A stretch of DNA of 64,000 bases from Chrysomallon squamiferum (Eukaryota > Animalia > Mollusca), in NCBI GenBank assembly GCA_012295275.1, contig CM022675.1, positions 4,402,001-4,466,000 of the forward strand, read 5' to 3'. Below, one piece after another: positions 12,311 through 24,563 of the stretch. Both the position numbers and the translations under genes were made by a program. Position 1 is the stretch's first letter. Each line of letters begins with the position of its first letter. The notes under the pieces were generated by a model that was given only the letters and a program-made list of their open reading frames with translations, made no database searches and was not told the origin of the DNA.

Positions 12311-13617
12311 ATGAATTTAGTAACAGCAGTGATTATATTAACTGTCTACAATCAGGTTACACGTTCAGAAAGACTAAGTAAGTTTATTATTCATTTAAAT
12401 TAATTTATTCATTGTACTTCATTTGAAATATGTATAAGGCTAGGGGAGATAACTTAAAATTTTATATTTTATTTCAGTTTTATTTATTGTTTAATGGGGA
12501 TTTTATTATTGTGATTTCTTGTATATGATGATTATGTTAAAAGAAGACCTTTCTCAAAATAGAGCCTTCTGAATGTTTAATCGATGAAATGTTCATTCAT
12601 AGTTAATAATAACAACATCAACGACAGTAATAATAATAACAGTAACAACATCATCAACAGCAATAATAACGACGACAACAAACAGCAATAATGACAGCGA
12701 TGAAAATTAAATAACAGCATAGCGTAACAACAGTATGTAATAGGATTTAACATAACAACATAAACTAGCACGTTATAACATGTTTTAAAATAAACTATTT
12801 ACTATAAATGCAACATTAGCTAACGTATTTTGACCTAGTTAAATATAAATTACAGCAATATTATATATAAAATAACATAACATAACGTAACATAACAATA
12901 ATAATAACGTAGCTGTATTACATATTACATAACCTGACTAAAACAACAAAGTAATTATTAAGAAATTTATAAAGTATAACAGTATAAATATGTATGTGTA
13001 AATTTGTACAATTATAAACTAAATACGTATGTATAAATGTATATATAATAACGTAACATAAAATTTCATCAACATAATGCAAATAAATAATTAAGATAAA
13101 TATTAATAAATGAACACAGGTCCATGGTCTGACAGAAAACAAGAAGAAATGTTAGAAGAATATTTTACACTGGATAAAAAACAAACTTGGTGGGAGGCAG
13201 CGTATTCTGGCTGTGAGGAGGCAGGAGGCAGACTCGTTGTTCATCATTCTGATTTAGACGAAAACAAACTTTCTTCCGTAATGGAAGAAGACAAAGACTA
13301 CTGGGTAGGAGCTTTGGAGACGTTTACACCTTGGAAATGGACTGGTGAGTATTCTGTTATTGAAAAGAAATAAATGTTTAATGTTTTATTAAAGTTTTAC
13401 TTTATAAATTGTTCATTATCTACGACATCAACAATAACAACAAAATCACTAATTTTGTTGTTTTTATTGTTGTTGTTGTTTTCAGAGACGAATGACAAAT
13501 TATTCCAGTACGTTGGAGATATCGATGTTGGGAGTTTGAGTAGTAAATACTCAATACAAGACAATGATGCTTTTAAATGCTTCCAGCAATGTAAACCGAG
13601 CAATGGAAAATTTGGTT
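12311..13617 (+). CDS. Receptor copy B, exons 1-3 (partial, runs into assembly gap)
   Basis: Exon 1 12311-12377 (MNLVTAVIILTVYNQVTRSERL, signal-peptide-like, donor A|GTAAG), exon 2 13120-13344, exon 3 13486-13617 (ETNDKLFQYVGDIDVGSLSSKYSIQDNDAFKCFQQCKPSNGKFG) cut by Ns a few bases before the expected donor. Confidence 0.85.
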
Positions 13618-13817
13618 NNNNNNNNNNNNNNNNNNNNNNNNNNNNNNNNNNNNNNNNNNNNNNNNNNNNNNNNNNNNNNNNNNNNNNNNNNNNNNNNNNN
13701 NNNNNNNNNNNNNNNNNNNNNNNNNNNNNNNNNNNNNNNNNNNNNNNNNNNNNNNNNNNNNNNNNNNNNNNNNNNNNNNNNNNNNNNNNNNNNNNNNNNN
13801 NNNNNNNNNNNNNNNNN
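13618..13817. other. Assembly gap (200 N)
   Basis: Run of exactly 200 N; probably a placeholder of unknown true size. Confidence 0.99.
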
Positions 13818-15970
13818 GAGTTAAAAAAAAAATTTTTAAAAAAATAATAATAAAAAATTGACCTGTCACAGTTGTTTAAAAATTAATGTAGTAATAAATC
13901 TGTAAATTTGGTTGTTTATCAAAATATAATTTTATCAACTAAAATGCAATGTTTGAAGATCTGTGAAATATAAATAATGGAAAGCAGTTGTTTTCTTACA
14001 GAATGATTTTGAAACATAAAAATCTGGGTGGGGTATTACCTGGGACAGAGATTACACAAGTAGTATATCTCAGTTTTATAACACTCAGTCATACAGAGAA
14101 TGTTAATACTAATTAAACAAACAGCTGTAATTAATTTAGATCATCTTCACAGTTGGCTAAGTTCTACCTGTAAAGTAGTTAATGTATTTTTAAAATTCTT
14201 TATCGTACAAGTAAAGAATAATAATCTTTGTCTGCAGATAAATGCTTTAAATTGATTCAGTTTCAAATTCTGTTTGCCTGTTCTGTGTTTTTGATTTGAA
14301 GATTGTTTATAACAAAATAAAGTAATATACTGCAAAATCTTACTAGAAACTTGTCATTAGTATTAACATTTTAATTTTACATATTTTTGGTTTTTAAGTT
14401 CAGTTTATCTATTTATTTACTTGTATCCTGTGACATTGTCTATAAATCTACTTGATTTTAAACACAAAACCTGTTTGTATTCAATTTGTAGGTCAGTGTA
14501 AATTAGGTAACACGTTTTGTATTAGTTTAATTACGGAAAAAGTGCAGTTCAAATTCACAGAATGTCACAAATAAAAAAAAAATGTGTTTAATAATGATGT
14601 CTCGCAAAAACAGCAGAAATAAAATTATTACATTAAACTTAGTTTCACAATTGTGTTTCTCTCCTTTAGAGAGCTCCTCACTCTCAGAAACTGACTTCAT
14701 TGAATGGAATTTGTTAGTACAGCTTGAAATAGACCTGAATTTATTTTGTGTAAAAAGAAAAAAAAAAAGTCTCTGAATCTGGGTTCTTGAAAATCAACGT
14801 TAAAAATGTTCAAATGTTGACTGAAATGTCAAACTCTCGACCCCCCCCCCACCAGTAGCGCTTCTTTTGACAAGTACTTTTCACGTTTATCTTTTGGGAA
14901 GTAAATTAACTTTGAATTAATTAATTTCTGTGTTGCAGTAGAAATGTAAAACAAAAATAAGCTGACTTCACAGTTGTCTTCTCTTGGTGTTAATCAGTGA
15001 CGTCTTTTTTCAACATCACATTTCTATAATCTGTGTTCTAATGTTTAGCAATGCCTGAACAACTATTCTTGTATAAAATCCTCCAATTACAAATGTAAAT
15101 CCAAATTTGTTTCTGAAACAAAATGTTTTCTCCGAACTCTGGAACATAAATAACCAGGATTCAGACTGAGTCTCTATAAATATAAGTAAGAACTGTTTAC
15201 TTCATTCAGAATTTATTACAAAATGAAAAGTAACATAACACAAATGAATACGAATATACATCCAGAAAGACGTGTATGAGTGTTTGTGTATGTTCATGTG
15301 TGTGTGTGTATATGTGTTGTGACGTCAGTTAAATAGTCCAAAAGCTACGCATTTTTTTATGTTCAATTTATTTTGGTGACGTTTGCACACAGTTGCTGTT
15401 TTGAGGAAATCTGTAACTTCAAAAGCTCCTTCGGAAACGAGATTGTCTCCCGAAAATAGTTGACAGACTTTACAGAAATTTTTCACTAAGTTTTTCTACT
15501 ACTTTCGGGTGACAAAACCTTTTACACTGGACAATCAGATGTACCTAAGATATTTAATCTGTGTTTGGTCGAGGCTGTTTATATGAAGAAAACTCGTAGA
15601 CAAAACCTCGAGAACGTAACAAGTAGTGTATGAACGATGTTAGTGATACACGTTCAGAAAAACATACAAAATGGCAGCTGTTCCAAAGTATTTCAAATAA
15701 AACTAAAATATTTTCTACAAAGTAACACTGGTGCAATAAACACAAAATTAAGAATTCAAATTTTCAATTTATCCAGTTTTTATTCATCAGCCCTTGAAAC
15801 AGAGAATAAATCAATCATTCGAAAGTCAAAATATATCGATTTACCTGATGATCCATTTGAATAGTAGCGAGGTTTACTGTATCACAATAAAGTTAGATTA
15901 ATATTAAAAAGTTAGTAGAAAACAGACTTCCAGTACGAAACGGAGAACACAACAATATAAACAAAAACAA

Positions 15971-16040
<70 letters not shown>

Positions 16041-16365
16041 GAACAAAACAAAAAAGTAACTGTTAACGTGGATTTTAGAAAACACTTCCTTCAAGCGACA
16101 CATTTTGCATCAGTGCAGATTAATACTAAAAATGTTAGTATAAGAACAGATCTCACATAACTCAGGAATAATTTGAAAAATAAATCGCACTAACAAAAAG
16201 AACATTTAGATATTGGGATAAAGCACAAATACAACATATAGCAATGTAAAGAAAAATACAAATAATGCAAACAATGAAAACGCTATGAGAAACTATTAAC
16301 ATGGGATTTAAAAAAAAATAACAATCAAAAAACAAGTTGTTAGGAAACACTGAAATAGGGTGTAA

Positions 16366-16432
<67 letters not shown>

Positions 16433-16639
16433 TTAATATTAATAATAATATAATATAATATAATATATTATGAAACACTTGTAATGTAAAAAAATAACAA
16501 CAAAAACAACAACAACAAAAATAAAAAAATGAGAAAGTAATAAAAGAAACTCTGGTTTGAGACTCTGATAACATAGGTTTAAAAAACAAAACAATTCCTA
16601 GCAGAAACACATCAAAAATATCGATCGAGTTACTATTGA

Positions 16640-17282
16640 GATTCTTTTCAATACAAATTTTCCAGAACAAAATAAACAGATCAGCTGCTTTTAGAAACGT
16701 TGTCGTTGTTGTCGGAATCGTCGTGGATGTTATCAAATATTTCGGATTTCCTAGTGGGAATTAGATTGTTAGACGAGGCAGTATGTCTACACAGACTGGG
16801 GAATGGTAAAGCTGACGTAGCAGTATCAAGCGATGTCGTAGTTTCACCGTCAGGTTGGTTAAGATGGCTGGCTATAAGGTTCTGATGTTGTTGTCGATGT
16901 TGCAGGGTTTCTGTCTATGGTACTGTAGTCTTCATAATCATCGAGGTGGCTGTAGGCGTCAGTTAGTTGTCTTTTCTTTGCTTGTGCTGTCGTAGGCGCT
17001 GTCATTGTCGAAACCAAGCTGGCTGTAGACATGAGACGTAGTTGTTACCTTTTCCTTGTTGTAGGTATCATAGTCACCGTTGTCGTCCTCAGCAAGGTTG
17101 TTGTAGATGTTAGATGTACGAGTTGTCGTATTTGTTGTGTCTATGTTGTTGTAGTCTCCGTCATGGCTGCCTGAGAGATGATTGTCCACTTCAGACGTTG
17201 TAGTAGTTGCTGTTTTGATATCCGCTGTGTCATAGTCTCCAGTAGATCTGTTAATGTGAAGTGCTTTAACGTCTGCGATGTC
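16640..17282 (-). pseudogene. Decayed distal cytoplasmic-tail sequence of copy D, downstream of the premature stop
   Basis: Homologous to the copy C tail (GDYN, NIYNNL, HVYSQL, AYDS) but lies after TAA at 17283-17285 and carries frameshifts near 16960 and 16870. Confidence 0.75.
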
Positions 17283-20200
17283 TTAGTCGTTATCATTTCT
17301 GTTTTCCACGTTGACAGTAACTCCGTTTGGGACGTTGTAGTAAACACTGTGGTTTCCTTGTTTTTCTGATTCAGGTTTATGTTCTGCCGACATCGATGTC
17401 GTTGTTACATCAAAACTCGAATTTGTGTGATCACGTTTTAAATGTTCAGCAGAGCTGATTTCATTGTTTCTTTTGTTAAAATTAATTCTTGATTCTGGTA
17501 ACTTCTGAGTTTTAAAACAAAATCGAAGTGTTCTGAAAAATGAAGACATTATTTAAATTTAAACTGTGAAATACTAAATTAGTTTTATTATACGAGTTTC
17601 TGTCGTGACGACTCTGATAATTCAAAGGAAAAACTGTTTTACATGTCAAATTAAACTGACGTTAACTGAGAAGAATAACAATGAAATCTGTAGATTTTTT
17701 TGTTTCATTCATATTTTTATTTCACCATGTTTTATTTTGTTTTAGCATTTCTAACCAATATGATAAAGAAGACATAATTTTTCTTTCTTTTTTCATTCAT
17801 TCTTTCTTTTTTCCTTCTTTATTTTTTTCATATGTCATCCTTTTTTCCCCTATGTTTCTGCTTCATGAATTTCATAATTTTCTTTAATAATTGATTACAA
17901 CAAATGTTCACCGTTTAGTCCAAACTACGACGACAGCAATAACAACCAACACCAGTACAACAGCAGCGACAGCACCACCAACATATGCTGAAAATGATTA
18001 CATAATAACATTGAATTTAATCTAAGAACAATTATCTATGTAAATGTTTATTTATTTATTTATTTATTTAATTAGTTAGTTATTTTTTGTCACTTAGTAT
18101 CGAAATAGTCTTTGTAAATTATTTTTCCATTTTTCACATGAAATTTGCTAAGTCAAAAGAAAAAAGAGATAGTTACAAAGAATACTGATATATATATATA
18201 TATATATTTAATTAAATTTAATAAGATTACCAGAATAAATCTAGTAAATTAACACAAAGCTAGTAAAATAAAGTTAGTAAATTAAAAACAAGTGAAATAA
18301 TTCATGTAAATTAAATAAGCCATCTAGCACAGACAAACAGGTATAGAAAGAAAGAAAAAATTTAAACTATTAAAACAAAATAGTAAAATTAAAACTAACC
18401 TGACTTTTTTGATGGAAGTTTTATGTGAGCGGATTGTTTAGTTGGAATTATCGCCCCTGATCTTGTTGGTTCAGAAGTACTAGAAAATGATGGAAGTTGT
18501 ATGTAAGCGGATTGTTTTGTTGGAATTATCGCCCCTGATCTTGTTGGTTCAGAAGTACTAGAAAATGATGGTTTGGAGAAAAGCATGGAAGTTGACACTT
18601 TTGGCGTAGTAGCTGGGGTTTTTTGGGGGGTCTGGTTCGCAGTTGTTGTCACTGATGTTGACGTTGATATTGGTGCAGTTACATTATCTGTAAATATATA
18701 AAAGATTATCTCGAAAAGCCATTAGATTGTTTTCATAAAAACTTTTTAAAGACATCTTTTAGCCTTATTATTATTATTATTATCATTATTATTATTATTA
18801 TAGACAGATGATGCTGAAATGGAAAAATATGTTAATTATGACATGCATATTACATACCTACATATATACATAACAAGATTTGAAAAAATGCACACACGTA
18901 TTTATGACTGGTAGTTTATACTCACATTTCTGACAAAGAGTCTGAAGTTCTGTGTGTGGAGAGTAATAATAATAATCATTTAATTCATCATCTGTACTCT
19001 GAACAAACCAAACTAAACTCCTAAGAAACTTCCTTTTGTCAGAAAAATGTTTCAAGTACCACAGCTCATTTCCTGAACAATAAGCAAATAAATGAATAGA
19101 ATTAAACAAAGCTTGAATATATATATATATGTAGACAAATACATAAATAGACTAGATAGATAGATATAAATATTTGAGTATGGAAATAAAATAAAATGGA
19201 ATAAAACAAAAACGTAAAATAAAATAAATAAATAAGTCTAAAGATTCTAAAGATACCGTTAATCGACCTCCATTTAACTTCTCTGTGAAGTGCAATCCAG
19301 TATGATCGCTTCTGTCTTTCTGGTTTTGCTAAAAGTATTTTCATAGCTGAGAGTGTATTGTTCGTTAGCTTAGATAAATTGATCCGATAATCCGCATTAT
19401 TCCAGGTGATCTTGTTCTTTAGTGAAATACATATCACAGATGTGCAAAGTGAACTTTCGATCCACCATTGAAGAAGTGATGTTAATGCGTTCATCTCTAA
19501 GAGAGACAGTAAAAAATAAGTAAATAATAAAAAAAAAAAATAAAATAAAGTTTAAAAAAGAAGAAAATAAATAAATAAATAATTAGAAAAATTCAAAAAG
19601 AACAAAAAAATAATAACAAGAAAAGAAATAGAAAAAAAAAAATTAATAAATAAGGAAGAACAAAGCCAACATGTATTGTAAACTGTAACTGATCATTTAT
19701 TTATTTAATTACTTCATTACTTACTACTTACTCCTACTCTTGGTACTACTACTATACTAATACTACTTCTACCTTTACTTTTGATACTTCAACTAATTTT
19801 CCTTTTATTATTATTATTATTATTAATCATTCATTCATTCATTCATTACTTTGATTATAGTCATTGTAACTGAAAATACTGACTGAACTGTTTTAAAATA
19901 AAATGACCTGTGTACACTACGTATGCTCTGTAGCTGTCACAGTTTTGGAAACCAATTGTAAAACTGTCAGAATTGAACTTGACGTAGCCGCAGCGCTTGA
20001 TTCCGTCAGCGCTGTCGTCGATTGTAACTGAAGACGGAAGATCTGTAATGAAGTGATTTATAAAATTATCACTCTTTCGATGCATCTTAAATCATTGACT
20101 GATTCATTCATTCATTTGGTCGTCCGTTCGGCCATTCGTTCATTCATTCATTCATTGGCTCGTACTTTTATATATTCATATACTCGTTTGTTTATTCATT

Positions 20201-20412
20201 CAAACTCACAACCTTAAAACTTCATCTACTGATGATACTATAAATTAACAAAAAATATATATATTAAAGTTATTAGTGTCACCTGTTCTATAAATGGAAA
20301 TTGTGTTTCTTCCTCCGCAGTATTCTTCATATGTCCCTGCACATCGAACTCGTTTTGTAGTTGACTTCACAGGACTTGCTGTGTCAGATATTTTACAGTA
20401 ACACCGCTTTCC
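17283..20412 (-). CDS. Receptor copy D, exons 4-10 (divergent paralog, short cytoplasmic tail; exons 1-3 not found upstream on this strand)
   Basis: Minus-strand exons 20412-20283 (GKRCYC..CAGTYEEYCGGRNTISIY), 20042-19908, 19496-19257, 19072-18926, 18687-18400, 17987-17912 (TM YVGGAVAAVVLVLVVIAVVVVWTKR) and 17532-17283 ending in TAA. Intron phases match copies A and C. Confidence 0.8.
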
Positions 20413-20554
20413 CTACAAAACACAAAATTAATAAAAATAATTACAAAAAATAACCTAGAAAAATGTGCAAATAAATTGTAGTAATATTACTCACACTCGT
20501 CCTTAGAGCTCAGTTGTATGCTTCACTGGGGAAGTCGACAAATCTGTTTTGTTC

Positions 20555-20725
20555 AGAACCGGGACGTAGAACAAAAAAAGTCCCGGGACGTAGACATGTC
20601 TAACTGGTTGGGAAAATGCATATAAAAGATCCCTTGCTGGTTTTTATTTGGTAAGAGTAGACCATTCAGCGGGTTTCTTATTATTATCTCCGTGATCCTT
20701 AACCTTAATGTGTGACGCCAATAGA
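20555..20725 (+). mobile_element. Degenerate SINE core/tail fragment
   Basis: gcatataaaagatcccttgctg..ggtaagagtagaccat..gcgggtttc..ccttaacc..gacgcca resembles, from memory, the conserved core of mollusc tRNA-derived (Meta-domain-like) SINEs; followed by (TATT)n. Not database-verified. Confidence 0.5.
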
Positions 20726-20737
20726 TTTATTTAATAT

Positions 20738-20780
<43 letters not shown>

Positions 20781-20785
<5 letters not shown>

Positions 20786-22618
20786 CTAGTACTATAATAC
20801 CCACAACATATTAACTAGCGTTGTAATATCCACAACGTATTAACTAGCGTTGTAATACCCACAACGTATTTACTAGTATTGTAATACCCACAACGTATTT
20901 ACTAGCATTGTAATACCACAACATGTTAACTAGTATTGTAATACCCACAACGTATTTACTAGTATTGTAATACCCACAACATATTTACTAGCGTTGTAAT
21001 ATCCACAACGTATTTACATAGCATTGTAATACCCACAACGTATTTACTAGTATTGTAATATCCACAACGTATTAACTAGCGTTGTAATATCCACAACGTA
21101 TTAACTAGCGTTGTAATATCCACAACGTATTTACATAGCATTGTAATACCCACAACGTATTTACATAGCATTGTAATACCCACAACGTATTTACTAGTAT
21201 TGTAATATCCACAACGTATTAACTAGCGTTGTAATATCCACAACGTATTTACATAGCATTGTAATACCCACAACGTATTTACTAGTACTGTAATACCCAC
21301 AACATATTTACTAGTATTGTAATACCCACAACGTATTTACTAGTATTGTAATACCCACAACGTATTTACTAGTATTGTAATACCACAACGTATTTACTAG
21401 CATTGTAATACCCACAACATATTTACTAGTATTGTAATACCCACAACCTATTTACTAGTATTGTAATACCCACAACGTATTTACTAGTATTGTAATACCC
21501 ACAACGTATTTACTAACAATTGTAATACCCACAACGTATTTACTAGCATTGTAATATCCACAACATATGTATTAGTATTGTAATACCCAAAACGTATTTA
21601 CTAGCATTGTAATACCCACAACGTATTTACTAGTATTGTAATACCACAACGTATTTACTAGCATTGTAATACCCACAACGTATTTACTAGCATTGTAATA
21701 CCCACAACGTATTTACTAGTATTGTAATACCCACAACGTATTTACTAGTATTGTAATACCCACAACGTATTTACTAGTATTGTAATACCCACAACGTATT
21801 TACTAGCATTGTAATACCCACAACGTATTTACTAGCATTGTAATACCCACAACGTATTTACTAGCATTGTAATACCCACAACGTATTTACTAGTATTGTA
21901 ATACCCACAACGTATTTACTAGCATTGTAATACCCACAACGTATTTACTAGTATTGTAATACCCACAACGTATTTACTAGCATTGTAATACCCACAACGT
22001 ATTTACTAGCATTGTAATACCCACAACGTATTTACTAGTATTGTAATACCCACAACGTATTTACTAGTATTGTAATACCCACAACGTATTTACTAGTATT
22101 GTAATACCCACAACGTAAACTAGCATTGTAATACCCACAACGTATTTACTAGTATTGTAATACCCACAACGTATTTACTAGTATTGATATACCACAACGT
22201 ACCCACTACGTAAACTAGCATTGTAATACCCACAACGTATTTACTAGTATTGTAATACCCACAACGTATTTACTAGCATTGTAATACCCACAACGTATTT
22301 ACTAGTATTGTAATACCCACAACGTATTTACTAGTATTGTAATACCCACAACGTATTTACTAGTATTTACTAGTCATTGTAATACCCACAACGTATTTAC
22401 TAGTATTGTAATATCCACAACGTATTTACTAGTATTGTAATACCCACACCGTATTTACTAGTATTGTAACACACACAACGTTTTTACTAGCATTGTAATA
22501 TCCACAACGTATTTACTAGTATTGTAATATCCACAACGTATTTACTTGTATTGTAATATCCACAACGTATTTACTAGTACTGTAATATCCACAACGTATT
22601 TACTAGTATTGTAATACC
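20781..22618. repeat. 29-bp minisatellite, about 63 copies
   Basis: Unit GTATTGTAATACCCACAACGTATTTACTA with recurrent variants (GCATT, GCGTT, ATCCAC); head-to-tail with no spacers. Confidence 0.97.
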
Positions 22619-22629
22619 AGAGCAATATG

Positions 22630-22712
22630 AACTGAGATTAAGCTCGATCGGTAGAGCGTTTGAATAGGAAACTTGACACATAGGATCGAACCTCCTTAGT
22701 GGACTCATTGCA
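22630..22712 (+). mobile_element. tRNA-derived SINE head fragment
   Basis: A-box-like agctcgatcggtagagcg and B-box-like ggatcgaacc; I could not fold a full cloverleaf. Confidence 0.45.
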
Positions 22713-23586
22713 CGTTTGTTGTGTGTGTGTGTATGTGTATATGTGTGTGCATGTGTGTGTGTATGTGTGTGTGTGCGTATGTGTGTCTGTTTGTGTATGT
22801 ATGTGTGTGTGTGTGTGAGAGAGAGAGAGACAGTGGAGGCTTTGAAGATGAATTCCATTTTGTATCAAAATGTTTGTTTTATAATGATAGTAGAGCATCA
22901 CATTTATAGAAATATTTGTATACAAGATTATCTACTTTTAACATAATCAATCATTTGTCCTCAGAAAATATAAAACCTTTAAGGAATCTTGATGAATATG
23001 TAATTTAAATTGTAAATATATGCTTATATTATTATTATCCTTACGTCTAATATTTTTTTCCCTGTATTTGTATACTGTAACCTATTACAACTGTTTCTGT
23101 TTTATAACTGTATTCTTCTCTGTTTTGTGTTTATAGTCACACTAGTTTTGCCAGATAGATAAACTGAGTTGAATTGCAGTTATAGTTGTAGTAGTAGTAG
23201 TAGTAGCTGCCGTACAGTATCATCTCGTTGTTACGTTTTGACTGCGCACACCGTCACCCAGGTAAAACACAATTAATGAGTAACGGGACATCGACAGATC
23301 CTCACTGGTACATTTCAGCTTGTCCCGCTAAGTTGACACAATTTTGAGATGATTTATACAAGTTGTCGACTTGGCGGGCAATAACCGCTTCACTAGTGAT
23401 AGCATATAGTTATTAAATAAAATATACAGGGACAAATTGAACAGGTAAATTTTAGTTTTATTTATGACACACACCCACGTGATTTTGACGTAATTATACT
23501 AATACTAAAAAAATGTAGCCTACAAACACATTTTCTGTATAAAATCAAGCAGATTCACAGATAATGTTACAGGATATAACTAAATA

Positions 23587-24512
23587 CAGTGGAACCTCGG
23601 TTACGAACGCCTCGAAGCTCAAACAAATCGGATTACGAAACGTGATCTGGAGCAAGTTTTGTCTCGGTTTACGAATAATGTTCCGAGTTACGAACTACAG
23701 CGACGCGCTACTACAAGCTTTCTTTTGACGTCGGTTTTGACGTCATCATCTACAAAAGATAAGAATAGATGCTTACGTCAAAATCGAGGTCAAAGTAAGG
23801 ATTATAGGCAATGCCCTATAGCAAATATAAACACAGGCTGACATTCGAAAATCCGGCAACCTCCGGACCCGAGGAGTGCCGGATTTTCAAAAATGCCGGA
23901 TGTTTTATGGCTGTGTGTGCTGTATATATTTAACAGAAAATTACCACCTGTATACAGCAGCAAGTAAATGATAAAATGAGAAGGAATGAGCAGGAATGTC
24001 TGTTAGCAGCTGCAAGCAAGTCTAAACAGCTGATTCTGGAGTACCGCTCCATGAAAACATAAACGACACCTCCAGAAAACAGTCGCGCGCCAACACAGTA
24101 AATTTCAAAATGCGCTCCAAAATCCATGCCAGAAATCTGACGAAACCAGATTTTCAGTAGCCAGATTTTTTAATGTCAACCTGTATTCAAATGAATTAGG
24201 GCCTTTAGTCTTCGATACGCAGGTGCAGCTCAATAGCTTTTGCATTCAGATTCCGTGCTCACATTTTTTAAAGTGTTGCTGCTTATTTAATATATTTTAT
24301 TATACCCTATCCAATACGGCGCCCAAGTAAACAAAAAGTGAAAGAGATAATGCTGGTGGAAAATATGAACGTATCAAGTACAGGTTAAGAAAGAAATAAA
24401 TGCAAAACATGAGAGTGACATTCGTGTGTCTGACATCTCTTCGGTTTCCGGTCAATTCGGTTTAACAACCAACTTCTGGAACGAATTAAGTTCGTAACCC
24501 GAGTTTCCACTG
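23587..24512. mobile_element. Tc1/mariner-pogo-type MITE with TA target-site duplication
   Basis: TA|CAGTGGAACCTCGGTTACGAAC ... GTTCGTAACCCGAGTTTCCACTG|TA. The flanks rejoin to match the empty paralogous sites at about 11251-11290 and 1648-1680. Confidence 0.85.
23834..24183. mobile_element. Second MITE nested inside the 23587-24512 element
   Basis: TIRs CAGGCTGACATTCGAAAATCCGGC and GCCAGATTTTTTAATGTCAACCTG|TA (left flank CA rather than TA). Confidence 0.7.
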
Positions 24513-24532
24513 TAAATTGAGAAAACGAATTT

Positions 24533-24563
<31 letters not shown>

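Noticed and set aside
20781-22618. CRISPR-like array (29-bp repeats)
   Set aside because: Units are contiguous with no unique spacers, there are no cas genes, and the context is eukaryotic; this is a minisatellite.
22630-22712. tRNA gene
   Set aside because: Only A/B-box-like motifs are present, with no acceptor-stem pairing; better explained as a SINE head.
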